A stretch of DNA of 64,000 nucleotides. It comes from Squalus acanthias (taxonomy: Eukaryota). Below, one piece after another: positions 50,830-62,903 of this stretch. Below the pieces are notes generated by a model that was given only the letters and a program-made list of their open reading frames with translations, ran no database searches and was not told the DNA's origin. A program made the position numbers and the translations under genes. Location: positions 55,926,001 through 55,990,000 of the forward strand of contig CM059432.1 of the NCBI GenBank assembly GCA_030390025.1, written 5' to 3'. Numbering within the stretch: the stretch's first letter is position 1; each line of letters opens with the position of its first letter.

Positions 50830-52600
50830 TTATTCCGAGTCATCTGGTTCATCAGAAATATCCGTATCCGTGCCAGCTGGGTCATCAGGATCACGCAGTT
50901 CCACCGATGCCACAGATTCTTCAGGCACTTCCGCTGCTGCGACTCTTTTGGAAGCTTTCTTAAACATGTTGCGGATGTCGGTTTGCTTAGTGGACTCTTG
51001 CCTTTTCTGTAGAAAGGTGGAATGCAGAATATGGAGTTGCATAACTTCTTGTGCAGAGTAGCAATTCTGCCTTTCAGCAAATTTGAGGATTGTAGAAAAT
51101 CCTTCTGCAGCTTTAGCCCAAGAAATCTTCTCTTCTTCAGAAATCTCATCCTTTTCACTTTCCATCTCGCTTTCCTTTTCTTTCTTTGGATTCAAAACAT
51201 TCTCAATTATTTCATCATCACTTAGCATATGCACAACACCAACTTCTCTATCTGCATCAACCCACTGCTCGATATCACTTTCACTGAGGTGACGTAGAGG
51301 GTTTGCTGGGCCTGCATTTTTCACCATTCCAGCCATTTCCATTATTGTACTCTTCTTGGGACGAACATTGAACCCATGAAATTCCTCCTCTGAAGAAGAA
51401 CCTTCAGCAAAAATTACAGAAGGCCACAATTTGCGCCAGGCTTGCCTCAGAGTGTGACCTTTCACCAATTTCCAGGAACATGCAACATTATAGATGGCAT
51501 CTTTAATATTGTATTCCTTCTGCAATTCTTGAATATTGTCATCTTGGCTTATCAGTTTACGTAGGAAGTCTTTCTTGTAATGACACTTCAGATTTTGGAT
51601 AACGCCCTGGTCCATGGGTTGGATGAGAGAAGTTACATTTGGTGGCAAATAAATGGTGAAAATATTTCCCGAAACCAACTGGGATTCATGCGGATGGGCT
51701 CTGCAATTATCAAGCAATAAAATGCATTTGCTATCTTCAGGTTTCCCTATTTTGCGGAAATGTTCCCTCACAGATGGAACAAAAATATGATGGAACCAAT
51801 CGGAGAAGATTTCCTTATCCATCCAAGCATTTTTTTGAGCTTTGTACTCAACAGGTAAGTGCCTCACATTTTTAAATGCACGGGGATTTTTATACTTCCC
51901 GATAACAAGAAGTTTAACCCGGTGTGATCCAGCAGCGTTCGCACATGTTAGCACGGTTACACGATCTTTATTTTTCTTGTAACCTGAAGCATTAGCCTCA
52001 CTAGCCCCAGCAAGTGTTGATTCCGGCAAAAACCTCAAACAAGCCAGTTTCATCGGCATTATATATCTGTGCTGGCGACAAATCATGTTGCTGCACAATC
52101 CGATTGAAATAATCGCAGTATTCTTCTGCGGCGTCATGATCAGCTGATTTCTTCTCCCCGGAAATATCGAGTCGTCGTATCCCGTGCCGTAACTTGAAGC
52201 ACGTTAGCCATCCCTCGGAGAAAGCACACTTGTCAGTGAGCTCCATCCTTTCGTAGAAATCCTTCGCTTTCTCGATTAGCATGGGTCCGGAAATTGGAAC
52301 ACCCTCTGAACGCTTAAGAGAAAACCATTCATAAAGCACGGTATCCAGCTCTTCAAGCTTAGGCTTACGAAGCGTACGCCGTTTCTCTACACTCTTAGAT
52401 GTCTCCGAGCTTGAATAAAACTTGAGCAGCTTATCCTTCTGCGATTTGATGTCGTAGATTGTTGACGAACCGATTTTGAATTCATTCATAATGTTGATAC
52501 GCTTCTCTCCCCTTTCTAGTCGTTGGCATATCTCGATTTTCTGTTTTAAAGTTAAGACCACTCTCTTCCTTTTGCTTGGACCAGCTTTTGGGAATTCCAT
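50830..52600 (-). pseudogene. Tigger/jerky-like transposase (~590 aa), single 2-nt frameshift at ~52037
   Basis: [15 protein letters not shown] (CENP-B N-terminal HTH), WF...G.PISGP...[14 protein letters not shown] (HTH_Tnp_Tc5), [25 protein letters not shown] (32 aa between the last two Asp). Confidence 0.92.
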
Positions 52601-52635
52601 AATGCAAGATGGAGGAGATAATTGCCGATAAAGAT

Positions 52636-52945
52636 GGAGAGACACACAGAACAATGGTGGCTAGGAAGAGACTACCAGCAGCGTGGGAGACACACAGTAA
52701 AATGGTGTATCAGAAGAGACTACAGTACCAGCAGCGTGGGAGACACACAGCAAAATGGTGTATCAGAAGAGACTACAGTACCAGCAGCGTGGGATACACA
52801 CAGCAAAATGGTGTATCAGAAGAGACTACAGTACCAGCAGCGTGGGAGACACACAGCAAAATGGTGGATCAGAAGAGACTACCAGCATCGTGGGAGACAC
52901 ACAGCAAAATGGCCGATCAGAAGAGACTCCAGGCAGCGCGGGAGA
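52636..52945. repeat. Tandem array of six 48/53-bp units in the Tigger 5' leader
   Basis: Unit GGGAGACACACAGCAAAATGGTGTATCAGAAGAGACTA(CAGTA)CCAGCAGCGT. Confidence 0.92.
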
Positions 52946-53058
52946 ATCAACTCCTGCTACTGCAGTGTTTCGGACTTCCGACAGCGCCAGGAGGCCGAGT
53001 AGTGGCACTTTTGAAAACTACCCCTACTGACTAAATCGGCGTTCTCGGACTCGGGATC

Positions 53059-53165
53059 GGCAACATTGCCGGTTATTTGAGAGGAGTTTTCGGAGTACTC
53101 TGCATTCGCGGAGACTCGACTGCGACTTGGCAACATTGCCGGTTATTTGAGAGGAGTTTTCGGAG
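53059..53165. repeat. Perfect 37-bp direct repeat (period 70) in the Tigger subterminal region
   Basis: GGCAACATTGCCGGTTATTTGAGAGGAGTTTTCGGAG at 53059-95 and 53129-65. Confidence 0.92.
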
Positions 53166-53879
53166 GATGATTTTTGCCGGTTAAGTGAGAATTCCGGATA
53201 TTTGGGTGCCGGATAAACAAAAGTTTCCTGTATATGAAAGTTAAAACCCCCCCATTAAAAACACTCTGCCTTTGCTACTCACTGGTCTAATCTCTGCATT
53301 TATACAATCTAGCACTTCACAGCTGCTACCAGGGGGGCTATACACAACTCCCACTACAGTCTTAAATCCTTTCCTGTTTCTTTATTCTACCCATAATGTC
53401 TCCACTGCCTGCTTACCTCTCTTTATATCCTCTCTCATCATTGAAGTGATTTCCATCCCTAATCACTAAGGCTACTCCTCCCCCTCTGCCATTTTCCCTA
53501 TCTTTCCTGTAGACCTTATAACCTGGTATATTTAGTTCTCAGTCCTGACCATCTTGCAGCCATGTCTCAGTAATGGCTACAATGTCATACCCTCCAATTT
53601 GAATTCGCGCCTGCAATTCATTCTGTTTACCCTATACGCCGTGAGTTTGTATAAAGAACACTTGTTTGGGCCACACACCCTAGCCTGTCCTTCAGCTCTA
53701 ATGTTTTACTCACATGTTTCTTATTTCTCCTGGTTTAATCGCTTTACATCTTTTAGTTTTCCCTTTACCTGTAGTGCCTAAAGCACAATTTCTGACTGTT
53801 ACTCTACTCTCTTCCATTTCGTTTGTTTTTGAACTACTATTTGTACTACAATTTCCACCTGAGCCCTGATCTCTCTGTT

Positions 53880-55820
53880 TCTACACCCCCTTTAAAATTG
53901 TACCATTTAGTTCATATTGCCTCTCCTCATTCTTCCTACCAAAATGTGTCACTTCACACTTCTCTGCATTAAATTTCATCTGCCATGTGTCTGCCTATTT
54001 TACCAGTCTGTCTATGTTCGCCTGAAGTTTGTTACTATCCTCATTGTTTACTACATTTATAAGATGTGTGTCATCTGCAAACTTTGAAATTATGCTCTGT
54101 ATACCCAAGTCCAGGTCATTAATATATATTAAAAAGAGCAGTGGTCCTGATACCGACCCCTAGGAGACACCACTGCACACTTCTCTCTAGTCCAAAAAAC
54201 AACCGTTCATCACTACTCTCTTGTTTCTGTCCCTTAACCAATTTTGTATCCATTCTGCCACTGTCCCTTTAATTCCACTAGCTTTAATTTTGCTAACAAG
54301 AATATTATGTGGTACTTTGGCAAACACCTTTTGAAAGTCTATATACACATCAACTACACTACCCTCATCAACCCTCTCCGTTACTTCATCAAAGAACTCA
54401 ATCAAGTTAGTCAAACACAATTTGCCTTTAACAAATCCATACTGACTATTTTACTAGCCCATACTTTTCCAAATGCTAATTACTTTTGCCCTGGATTATT
54501 GTCTGTAAAAGTTTTCCCACCACCGACGTTAGGCTGATTGGTATGTAATTGCTGGGTTTATCCCTCTTTTTTTTTTAAACAGGTATGTAACATTTGCAAT
54601 CCTTCAGTACTCTGGCACAACCCCATATCTAAGGAGGATGGGAAGATTGTGGCCAGAGCCTCTGCAATTTCCATCCTTACTTCCCTCAGTAACCTAGGAT
54701 GCATCCCATCCGGACCAGGTGACTTTTCTACTTTGAGGACTGCCAACCTTTAAGTACCTCCTCTTTATCTATTTTTATCCTTTCCAATATCACTACTGCC
54801 TTCTTTACTACATTGGCAGCATCCTCTTCTCTACTGAAGACAGATGCAAAGTACTCATTTAGTACCTCACCCATGCCTTCTTCCTCCACAAGAATATCTC
54901 CTTTTTGGACCCTAATCGACCCCAGCCTTCCTTTGACTATCCTATTTATGTGCAAGACTTTTGGGTTCCCTTTTATGTTAGCCGCTAATCTGTTCTCCTA
55001 CACTCTCTGCCCCTCTTATTCCGTTTTTTAGATCTCCTCTATACTTTCTATATTCATCTTGGTTTTCTACTGTATTATGAACCTTATGTTTGTCCTAAGA
55101 CTCCTTTTTTCTGTCTCATTTTAACCTCTATCATCCAAGGAGCTCCAGCTTTGGATGCCCTTCCTTTCCCCTTGATGGGAATGTATCTATTCTGTACCCA
55201 AATCATCTCTTCTTTGAAGGCCTCCCATTGTTCAATTACTGTTTTGCCTACCAATTTCTGTTTTGCCTACCAATTTTTGATTCCAATCCACCTAGGCCAG
55301 ATCCCTTTTCAACTCACTGAAGTTAGCCCTCCTCCAGTTAAGTATTTTTAAGCTTGATTGTTCCTTCTCCTTTTCCATAACTATTCTACACCTGATGGTA
55401 TTATGATCACAGTTGCGATATAAATGCAAGTTGTTGTTCACCAAATACTCTCCCACTGAAACATGCTCCACTTGCCCCACTTCATTCCCCAGAACTAGAT
55501 CCAGCACTGCTTCCTTCCTCGTTGGTCTGGAAATACACTGATCAAGAAAGTTCTCTTGTAAATAATTCAGAAGTTCCTTCCCCACTTTGGTCTTTCCACT
55601 AATAGCTCCTCTATTGTTCCTTAATGCTAACTAAATAAGGGTCTTTGACCCCCCTCGACTACATCATCCCTCTCCAGTGCTTTAATAGTTTCCATGGTCA
55701 ATACTGCCACCCCCCCCCCCCTCCTTTTTTTCCCCTCCCTATCTTTCCTGAATATCTTGCAGCCAGGAATATTAAGTTCTCAATCTTCCCCTTCTTTGAG
55801 AGAGATCTGTTTTTGCCACT
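53880..55820 (-). mobile_element. CR1 LINE fragment(s), EN to RT
   Basis: RPTRKEAVLDLVLGNE, KSPGPDGMHPRLL, IDFQK.FAKVPH. Confidence 0.85.
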
Positions 55821-55824
55821 ATAT

Positions 55825-56632
55825 TAAATACAAAGAAAGATTTGAAAAATTGGGTCCTTTTTCGTTAGAACAACGCAGATTGAGTGGTGATATAATAGAA
55901 GTGTTTAAAATTATGAAAGGATGGGGACAGAGTAGATGGAAGCAGACTTTGTCCAGTAGTTGAAGGGTCAACAACAAGGGGCCACAGATAGAGAATTAAA
56001 TGTAACATATTTAGAACAGATACTTTATTTGGTAAGATAACTCCGTTTCGTTGGCATTCAGGAACAATAGAGGAGCTATGATGTTACTGGGTGTATACTT
56101 TAGGCCACCAAATAGTGGGAAGGAGATAGAGGAGCAAATTTGCAGGGAAATTACAGAAAGATGCAAGAATTACAGAGTAGAGATAATGGGGGGGGCTTCA
56201 GTTATCCCAATATAGAATTGGATAGTAAGGAGTGTAAAGGGCAAAGAGGTTGAGGAATTCCTGAAATATGTACGAGAACTTTCTTGATCAGTGTGTTTCC
56301 AGCCCAACGAAGACAGAAGCAGTGCTGGATCTAGTTCTGGAGAATGAAGTGCGGCAAGTGCAGCACGTTTCAATGGGACAGCTTTTGGGGAACAGTGATC
56401 ATAATACTGTAAGATATTTCTTTGCCCAGAGAGTTATGAGACTGTGAATTCATTTGCAGTGTTAGTGGTTGATGCAGAAACAATGTCACCGTTCAAAATT
56501 GGATTGGATAGGTTGATGAAGGAAAAGGGATATGGGAAAATGTGATCAGAACTATTTGCTCGCGTGGAGGGTAAATCTGATAGGACTGGTTGGGCCGAAT
56601 GGCCTGTTTCTGTGTAACGTTTATGTATTTCT
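55825..56632 (+). mobile_element. CR1 3' fragment containing a CR1 endonuclease fragment (~56030-56415)
   Basis: RRLSGDIIEVFKIMKG, YFRPPNSG-like segment and 3' tail 'ggttgggccgaatggcctgtttctgtg'. Confidence 0.75.
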
Positions 56633-56962
56633 ACAACAGTTCTGATCTCAAAATAGCAATAACCTACATTCTCAGTCTCAGAGCAGTTTATAGGACGGTA
56701 GATAGTGATTAGACACCAGGCCGGGGTGGAGAAGGCAGTGGGGGGGAGAAAGGAAGGATGTCAGGGGCGCATAAACAGTCAAAGAGGAGGACCTTAAGAT
56801 TTTTGAAGGCAGGAAGATTGCAAGGTAGAGATGCTGAGGAAGGGAGTTGCCAAGGCAAAATGACTGAACGAGAACATCATCGAACCTAATTATCTTCCTT
56901 GTGTTTTTAAATTGAAAATCATTCTGTTAATGTTAGATATTCATAATTTAAATTAATAAAAA

Positions 56963-57288
56963 AGACTTGCATTTATATAGCGCCTTTCACGACCACAATC
57001 TGTTTTTGTTATGTGGATTGAGGGATAAATATTGGCCAGGACACCGGGGATAACTCTCCTGCTCTTCTTCGAAATAGTGCCTTGGGATCTTTTACGCCCA
57101 CCTGAGAAAGCAGACGGGGCCTCGGTTTAACATCTCATCCGAAAGACGGCACCTCCGACAGTGCAGCACTCCTTCAGCACTGCACTGGAGTGTCATCCTA
57201 GCTTTATGTGCACAAGTCCCTGGAGTGGGACTTGAACCCACAACCTTCTGACTCAGACGAGTGTGCTACCAACTGAGCCACAGCTGAC
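56963..57288 (-). mobile_element. DeuSINE copy (internally deleted)
   Basis: Reverse complement of the tRNA head and Deu core as at 9911-10309. Confidence 0.8.
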
Positions 57289-57599
57289 AGAAATAGGGAA
57301 TAAGTAATGAATACCATGTAACCATACATCTTTACAACACAGAAAGAGGCAGTCTGCCTATTGTCTGTGCCAGCTTTTTGCTGAAGCAATCCAAATGTAA
57401 TTCCACTGCACCACTCTCTCCCCATAGCCTTGTATTTTCCTCTGCTTCAATTTTTTTAAATCAATTTTCCCTTGCAGGATACAATGGTCTGTAACCACTT
57501 CTTGAGGCAAAGCACTCCATGCTCCATCAATCTTCTATGTACAAAAGTTTCCCCTAACCTTTCCTCACTCTTAGTGATAATTTTACAGGCACAAAACAG

Positions 57600-58083
57600 G
57601 GGCCTAAGCTTACAATATGGCGGGCTGGGTGCGTTTGTTCATTACGCACTGGAAGTACACCTGCCGCCATATTGGTGAAGGCAGAAAAAGAGGCGTCCAG
57701 TGCTCGGACCAGAAAGAGGCATTAGTTTCTTTGCATATTTGGGTGCATGAACGTTGTTCTGTCATATACTATTGTTTGTCCTCGATAGCTCCCTCTCCCA
57801 ATTGCTGTTTCCCCCCTCCAATTCTCTATCGTCACCCCCCCACCCCGGGTAGATGCCTTCCTTCCCAACACTTAGAACCTACCTGAGGGCCGTTGCCAGC
57901 AATGCAGCGGCCTGAAATCATCTTCGCTGGTGAGCTGCCTGGGGATGCCCAACAGGTGCCTGCAGCTCACTGGTTTTGTGTAAATGAGGCTTGAGGCCCA
58001 GTGAGGTTTACAGGTTCCAGCACAGGGATTATACCCTGCACCCAGTTCGCCCTGGCAGACTGGTGTGAACCAATTTCTAGGCC
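57600..58083. mobile_element. Probable Harbinger-like MITE
   Basis: Imperfect TIRs GGCCTAAGCTT / AATTTCTAGGCC with a GC-rich interior. Confidence 0.4.
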
Positions 58084-58628
58084 TGTAACACCTATATTTT
58101 TTCCCTCTTCGATTAGTGTCAAATAACCCAGCGACTTACTATATTTTTTCTTCTAGTTTTTACTGTTTCTTGTCTCCGGTCCTGAAGACTCTTGCTGGGA
58201 TGCAGTTCTACAGCTGTTAGCACTCATGCAGTACCTCACCCAAATAGCCATTCTTTTATAAGCTGAGATAATGAGCAGCAGCACGATATCACAGCAAAAT
58301 CTGATTCTGTCCTCACTGAGTACTTTAGAGCAAGGCTTGCTGAATAGCTTTCGTGAGCAGGAACACTGACTGATTTTTCTTCATGGCCCAAGGGGTGCTG
58401 AGGTCAGTGGTATCACTCCAACTGCTGTCCCAATTGAGACCTGCTAACTCAGCACAGACCATCGATCAAACCTGGGATCTATGATCTGTGTAGCTTAATA
58501 TTGCACTGGGTGTTGTCTTTACCTACAAGGCCACTGTTGAACTTGTTGAATTAGGCTTTTGCAGCAACTCTTCCAGAAAATCCCTAAGCACAAATGAACA
58601 ACCAGATATGGCAATTTTTTTTTTCCAG

Positions 58629-58735
58629 TTCGGACCACTTCTTTACAAGAAGAACTGAAAATGATAAAACTTAGCCTTTCAAAAGCAGAGATGGAAAAGA
58701 AACAGGCACAAGACAAGCTTAGCAATCTGGAGAAG
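58629..58735 (+). CDS. ROCK1: ROCK1 exon (~17)
   Basis: ttccag|TTCGGA...GAGAAG|gtaact; VRTTSLQEELKMIKLSLSKAEMEKKQAQDKLSNLEK. Confidence 0.95.
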
Positions 58736-58762
58736 GTAACTAATACAGAACTGGGATAATAT

Positions 58763-60921
58763 CTGATGAAAAGTCATTGACCTTAAACGTTAACTCTGTT
58801 TCTATCTCCACAGATGCTGCCTGACCTGCTGAGTATTTCCAGCATTTTCTGTTTTTATTTCAGATTTCCAGCATCTACATTTATAGAGATATTATAGAAA
58901 TATTTCATAACTCTCAAGAAAGATATATTCCAGTGAGAAAGAAAGACTCTACGAGAAGGATGAACCATCTGTGGCTAACTAAGGAAGTTAAGGATGGTAT
59001 CAATTTGAAAGAAAAGACATACAATGTTGTGAAGATTAGTGTTCAGCCAGAAGATTGGGAAATTTTTAGAAACCAGCAAAGGATGACAAAAAATAATGAG
59101 GGAAAAAATAGATTGAGCGTAAACTAGCAAGAAATATAAAAACAGACAGTAAGAGCTTCTACAAGTATATAAAAAGCAAGAGAGTAGCTAAAGTAAACGT
59201 TGGTTCCTTCGAGGATAAGACTGAGGAATTCATAATGGGAAACAAGGAAATGGCAGAGACTTTGAACAAATATTTTGTATCTGTCTTCACGGTAGAAGAC
59301 ACTAAAAGCATCCCAATAATAGTAGATAATCAAGGGGCAAAAGGGAGGGAGGAACTTAAAACAATCATTATCACCACAGAAAAAGTACTCGGCGGACTAA
59401 AGGCTGGCAAGTCCCCTGGACCTGATGGCCTGCATCCTAGGCTCTTAAAAGAAGTGGCTGCAGAGATAGTGAATGCATTGGTTGTAGTCTTCCAAAATTC
59501 CCTAGATTCTGGAAAGGTCCCAGCATATTGTAAAACTGCAAATGTAACGCCCCCTATTCAAGAAAGTAGGGAGACAGAAAGCAGGAAACTATAGGCCAGT
59601 CAGCCTAACATCTGTCATTGGGAAAATGCTGGAATCAATTATTAAGGAAGTAGTAGCAGGACATTTAGAAAATCGTAATACAATCAGGCAACGTCAACAT
59701 GGTTTTATGGAAGGGAAATCGTGTTTGACAAATTTATTAGAGTTCTTTGAGGATGTAATGAGCAGGGTGGATCAAGGGGAACCAGTAGATGTAGTGTATT
59801 TGGATTTCCAGGCATTCGATAAAAGGTTACTGCACAAGATAAGAGCTCATGGTGTTGGGGGTAATATATTAGCATGGATAGAGGATTGGCTAACTAACAG
59901 AAAACAGAGAGTTGGGATAAATGGGTCATTTTCAGGTTGGCAGACTGTAACTAGTGGGGTGCCACAGGGATCCGTGCTGAGGCCTCAACTATTTACAATC
60001 TATATTAATGACTTGGATGAAGGGACCGAGTGTACTGTAGCCAAATTTGCTGACGATACAAAGATAGGTGGGAAAGCAAGTTGTGAGGAGGACGCAAAGA
60101 GTCTGCAAAGGGATATAGATGGGTTAAGTGAGTGGGCAAAAATTTGGTAGGGAGAATAGAAAAGCAAAATATTATTTAAATGGAGAGAGACTACAGAATG
60201 CTGCAGTACAGAAGGATCTGGGTGTTCTCATACATGAAACACAAAAAGTTAGCATGCAGTTACAGCAAGTAATTCGGAAGGCAAATGGAATGTTGGCCTT
60301 TATTGCAAGGGGGATGGAGTATAAAAGCGGGGAAGTCTTGCTACAACTGTACAGGGTGTTGGTGAGACCACACCTGAAGTACTGCGATAGTTTTGGTCTC
60401 CTTATTTAAGTAGGGATATACTTGCATTGGAGGCAGTTCAGAGAAGGTTCATGAGGTTGATTCCTGAGTTGAAAGGGTTGTCTTATGAGGAAAGGTTGGG
60501 CCTATATTCATTGGCGTTTAGAAGAATGAGAGGTGATCTTATTGAAACATTTAAGATTCTGAGGGGGCTTGACACGGTAGATGCTGAGAGGATGTTTCCC
60601 CTTGTGGGGGAATCTAGAACTAGGGGGCATAGTTTCTGGATAAGGGGTTGCCCATTTAAGACGAAGATGAGAAAGAATTTCTTCTCTCAGAGGGTCGTGA
60701 ATCTTTGGAATTCTCTACCCCAGAACGCTGTGGAGGCTGAGTCGAGATAGACAGATAATTGAGGTACAGGGGAGTCGAGGGTTATGGGGAACAGGCAGGA
60801 AAGTGGAGTTGAGGCCAAGATCAGATCAGCCATGATCTTACTGAATGGTGGAGCAGGCGCGAGGGGCCAAATGGCCTACTCCTGCTCCTATTTCTTGCGT
60901 TCTTGTGCAGTATTTTGCTTT
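58763..60921 (+). mobile_element. Penelope-like element (58763-58876 and 60906-60921) with 14-bp TSD, split by a CR1
   Basis: TSD TGGGATAATATCTG at 58752-65 and 60922-35; 'ccagcatct|gcagtattttgctttt' rejoins across the CR1. Confidence 0.8.
58880..60905 (+). mobile_element. CR1 LINE, 5'-truncated RT and 3' UTR
   Basis: ORFs 59235-60750 with RT motifs (FADDTK); tail 'tcctatttcttgcgttcttgt'. Confidence 0.93.
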
Positions 60922-61312
60922 TGGGATAATATCTGGGAAGGTTATGTGGAAATAATATCATTTGTTTTCCTTCATGCTTCAGCAATTCCATTTTCTTCTA
61001 CCCTTTTCAAAAGTGCAATGGTGTCTGACAATTAAATTCACAGCATAATAGATGGACAGCATACAACTGCCATCTGTATAGAAACTAAGAGGTTAAATAT
61101 TGAGAAGGACAAATATAACTTGTAAAATGAACTTTTCCACATGAGCTTGCTTAAAGAAAATGACATTAGTCAAATTTATATTTATCCCCTTTACCCTTCT
61201 GTATCTTGCATCATTCATTGCTATGAGGGAGTGTAGGTAGCCCTCTGTAACTGCCACAAGGAGGTACATAATAGAACCCATAAATGATTGCATCTACATG
61301 TGAGAAGGCATC

Positions 61313-61635
61313 TAGGAACAGGAGTAGGCCATTTAGCCCCTCGAACCTGTTCTGCCAATCAGTGAGATCATGGCTGATCTGCGACCTAACTCCATATATC
61401 TGCCTTTGGCCCAAATTCCTTTAATACCTGTGGTTAACAATCTATCAATCTCAGATTTAAAATTAACAATTGATCTAGAATCAGTTGTTGTTTGTGGAAG
61501 AGAGTTCCAAACTTCTACCACCCTTTGTGTGTAGAAGTGTTTCCTAATTTCACTCCTGAAAGGTCTGGCTCTAATTTTTAGACTATGCCCCCTAGTCCTA
61601 GACTCCCCAACCAGCGGAAATAGTTTCTATCCTGT
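61313..61635 (-). mobile_element. CR1 3' end
   Basis: Closely matches 48205-48520. Confidence 0.85.
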
Positions 61636-61812
61636 TTGTCTTTACTCGGCACTTCCCACTGCAGTACAGCTGAGATTGGTAATTCCTTGTGGACAATTGT
61701 GGAAACCTTTACTTGTCATCTTCAATTCCACCAAGTAAGATGTGGTATCATTGTTTGCTCGGTCTCTTACGTTCACTGTGTATAGTCATTCTGTGCTTCC
61801 ATTCCACTGTAG

Positions 61813-61963
61813 GAAAAGAATAACCTGGAAATAGACTCGAATTACAAACAGAAAATGTTACAGCAGCGACTGGATCAAGAGATTACGGAGCACAAAGTAA
61901 CTAAAGCACGATTGGTAGATGAGTATGAGTCCATAGAAGAAGCAAGGTCTGTGGCCATGAGCG
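61813..61963 (+). CDS. ROCK1: ROCK1 exon (~18)
   Basis: ctgtag|GAAAAG...TGAGCG|gttagt; EKNNLEIDSNYKQKMLQQRLDQEITEHKVTKARLVDEYESIEEARSVAMS. Confidence 0.95.
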
Positions 61964-62742
61964 GTTAGTATTTGCTAGGATTATTTTTCGTACAAGTGGA
62001 TTCAACGACCTTGGCATAAATTCTGGGGCTAACCTTATGCATATCAGCACATATGCTGAGATTAACATTTCTGTAAATATGTGTGTGCCACATCAGACTT
62101 TTCCTCTTATTAAGGATTAAATGGTTACATGGATGGTGGCTTTGTCTCTGCCCTGACATAGATACAAGTATACTGATGATAAATATACCCATGATGAAAA
62201 CCCATTGTTTAAGAGATATACTGCTAGCCTCATCCAATCTGAGTTTTTTTTTAATGGTAATTTAGAATGATCATTTGAAGTGTCAAAATAGGCCAGTAAA
62301 CATATCCATCAGCAACTTTGCTGGCTGCTGTTCTGAAGGATTCCAGAAAAATGTTTTCCAGTGAATGAATGATGAAGGAACAGGTTAATCATGGTGGATT
62401 TGCATTTTTTTTTAAATGCACACAAGATGTGAAGTTACTGAGGATTCAGTACAAACTGGGAAGTGGGTGAAGAAGATTTGACCCGGTCTGAATAGAACAA
62501 CTGTTTCTAGTTTCAACTGTCTTTTTTATGACTTCCTGTACAACATCTCCGCTATAATGATTTTACTAGCAGTTGAGATTTCCTGAAACTTCATTTGGTT
62601 GTTTTATTGATTAGATGCATGTTCTATATTTGTATTATTTCTGGCATCTTAATATCATTAGTCTATGATTAAAATAGTCAATTTAACATTTGTATTGTCC
62701 TAAAATGTCAATGTATTTTTAAACTCATTTGTTGCTGTTCAG

Positions 62743-62903
62743 AAATGGATAACAAGCTGAGAGAGGAGAGGATGTCCAGACAGAGAGCAGAGAATCAGGT
62801 GATGGAAGTGGAAAAAAAGCGGTCTATGTTGGATGTTGACTTAAAGCAGTTCCAACAAAAAGTGGAGCAGCTCAGTAAGCAGAATGAGCGATTGGAGGAT
62901 GAG
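62743..62903 (+). CDS. ROCK1: ROCK1 exon (~19)
   Basis: gttcag|AAATGG...GATGAG|gtgaga; EMDNKLREERMSRQRAENQVMEVEKKRSMLDVDLKQFQQKVEQLSKQNERLEDE. Confidence 0.95.

Larger units (their letters stand above)
50536..53230 (-). mobile_element. Full-length pogo/Tigger DNA transposon (2695 bp)
   Basis: TA TSD (50534-35, 53231-32); TIRs CAGGAAACTCTTTATTAACCGGCACC vs CAGGAAACTTTTGTTTATCCGGCACC (22/26). Confidence 0.95.
48205..53870 (-). mobile_element. CR1 LINE (EN+RT) split by the Tigger insertion (48205-50535 and 53233-53870)
   Basis: RT ORFs 48525-50496; sequence rejoins as 'cccaatcTA|tgaaagttaaaacccc' (GFNFHIDW on the minus strand). Confidence 0.9.

Noticed and set aside
50830..52600. Domesticated JRKL/TIGD host gene nested in ROCK1
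   Set aside because: Bounded by TIRs and a TA TSD, inserted in a CR1 and frameshifted, so it is a transposon copy.
52609..53034. Three overlapping repetitive ORFs
   Set aside because: By-products of the 53-bp tandem array; the unit length is not a multiple of 3, so the same peptides rotate through the frames.
53059..53165. 37-bp repeat with 33-nt spacer has CRISPR-like dimensions
   Set aside because: Only two copies, no cas genes, and it lies in the subterminal region of a eukaryotic transposon and contains the TIR core motif.
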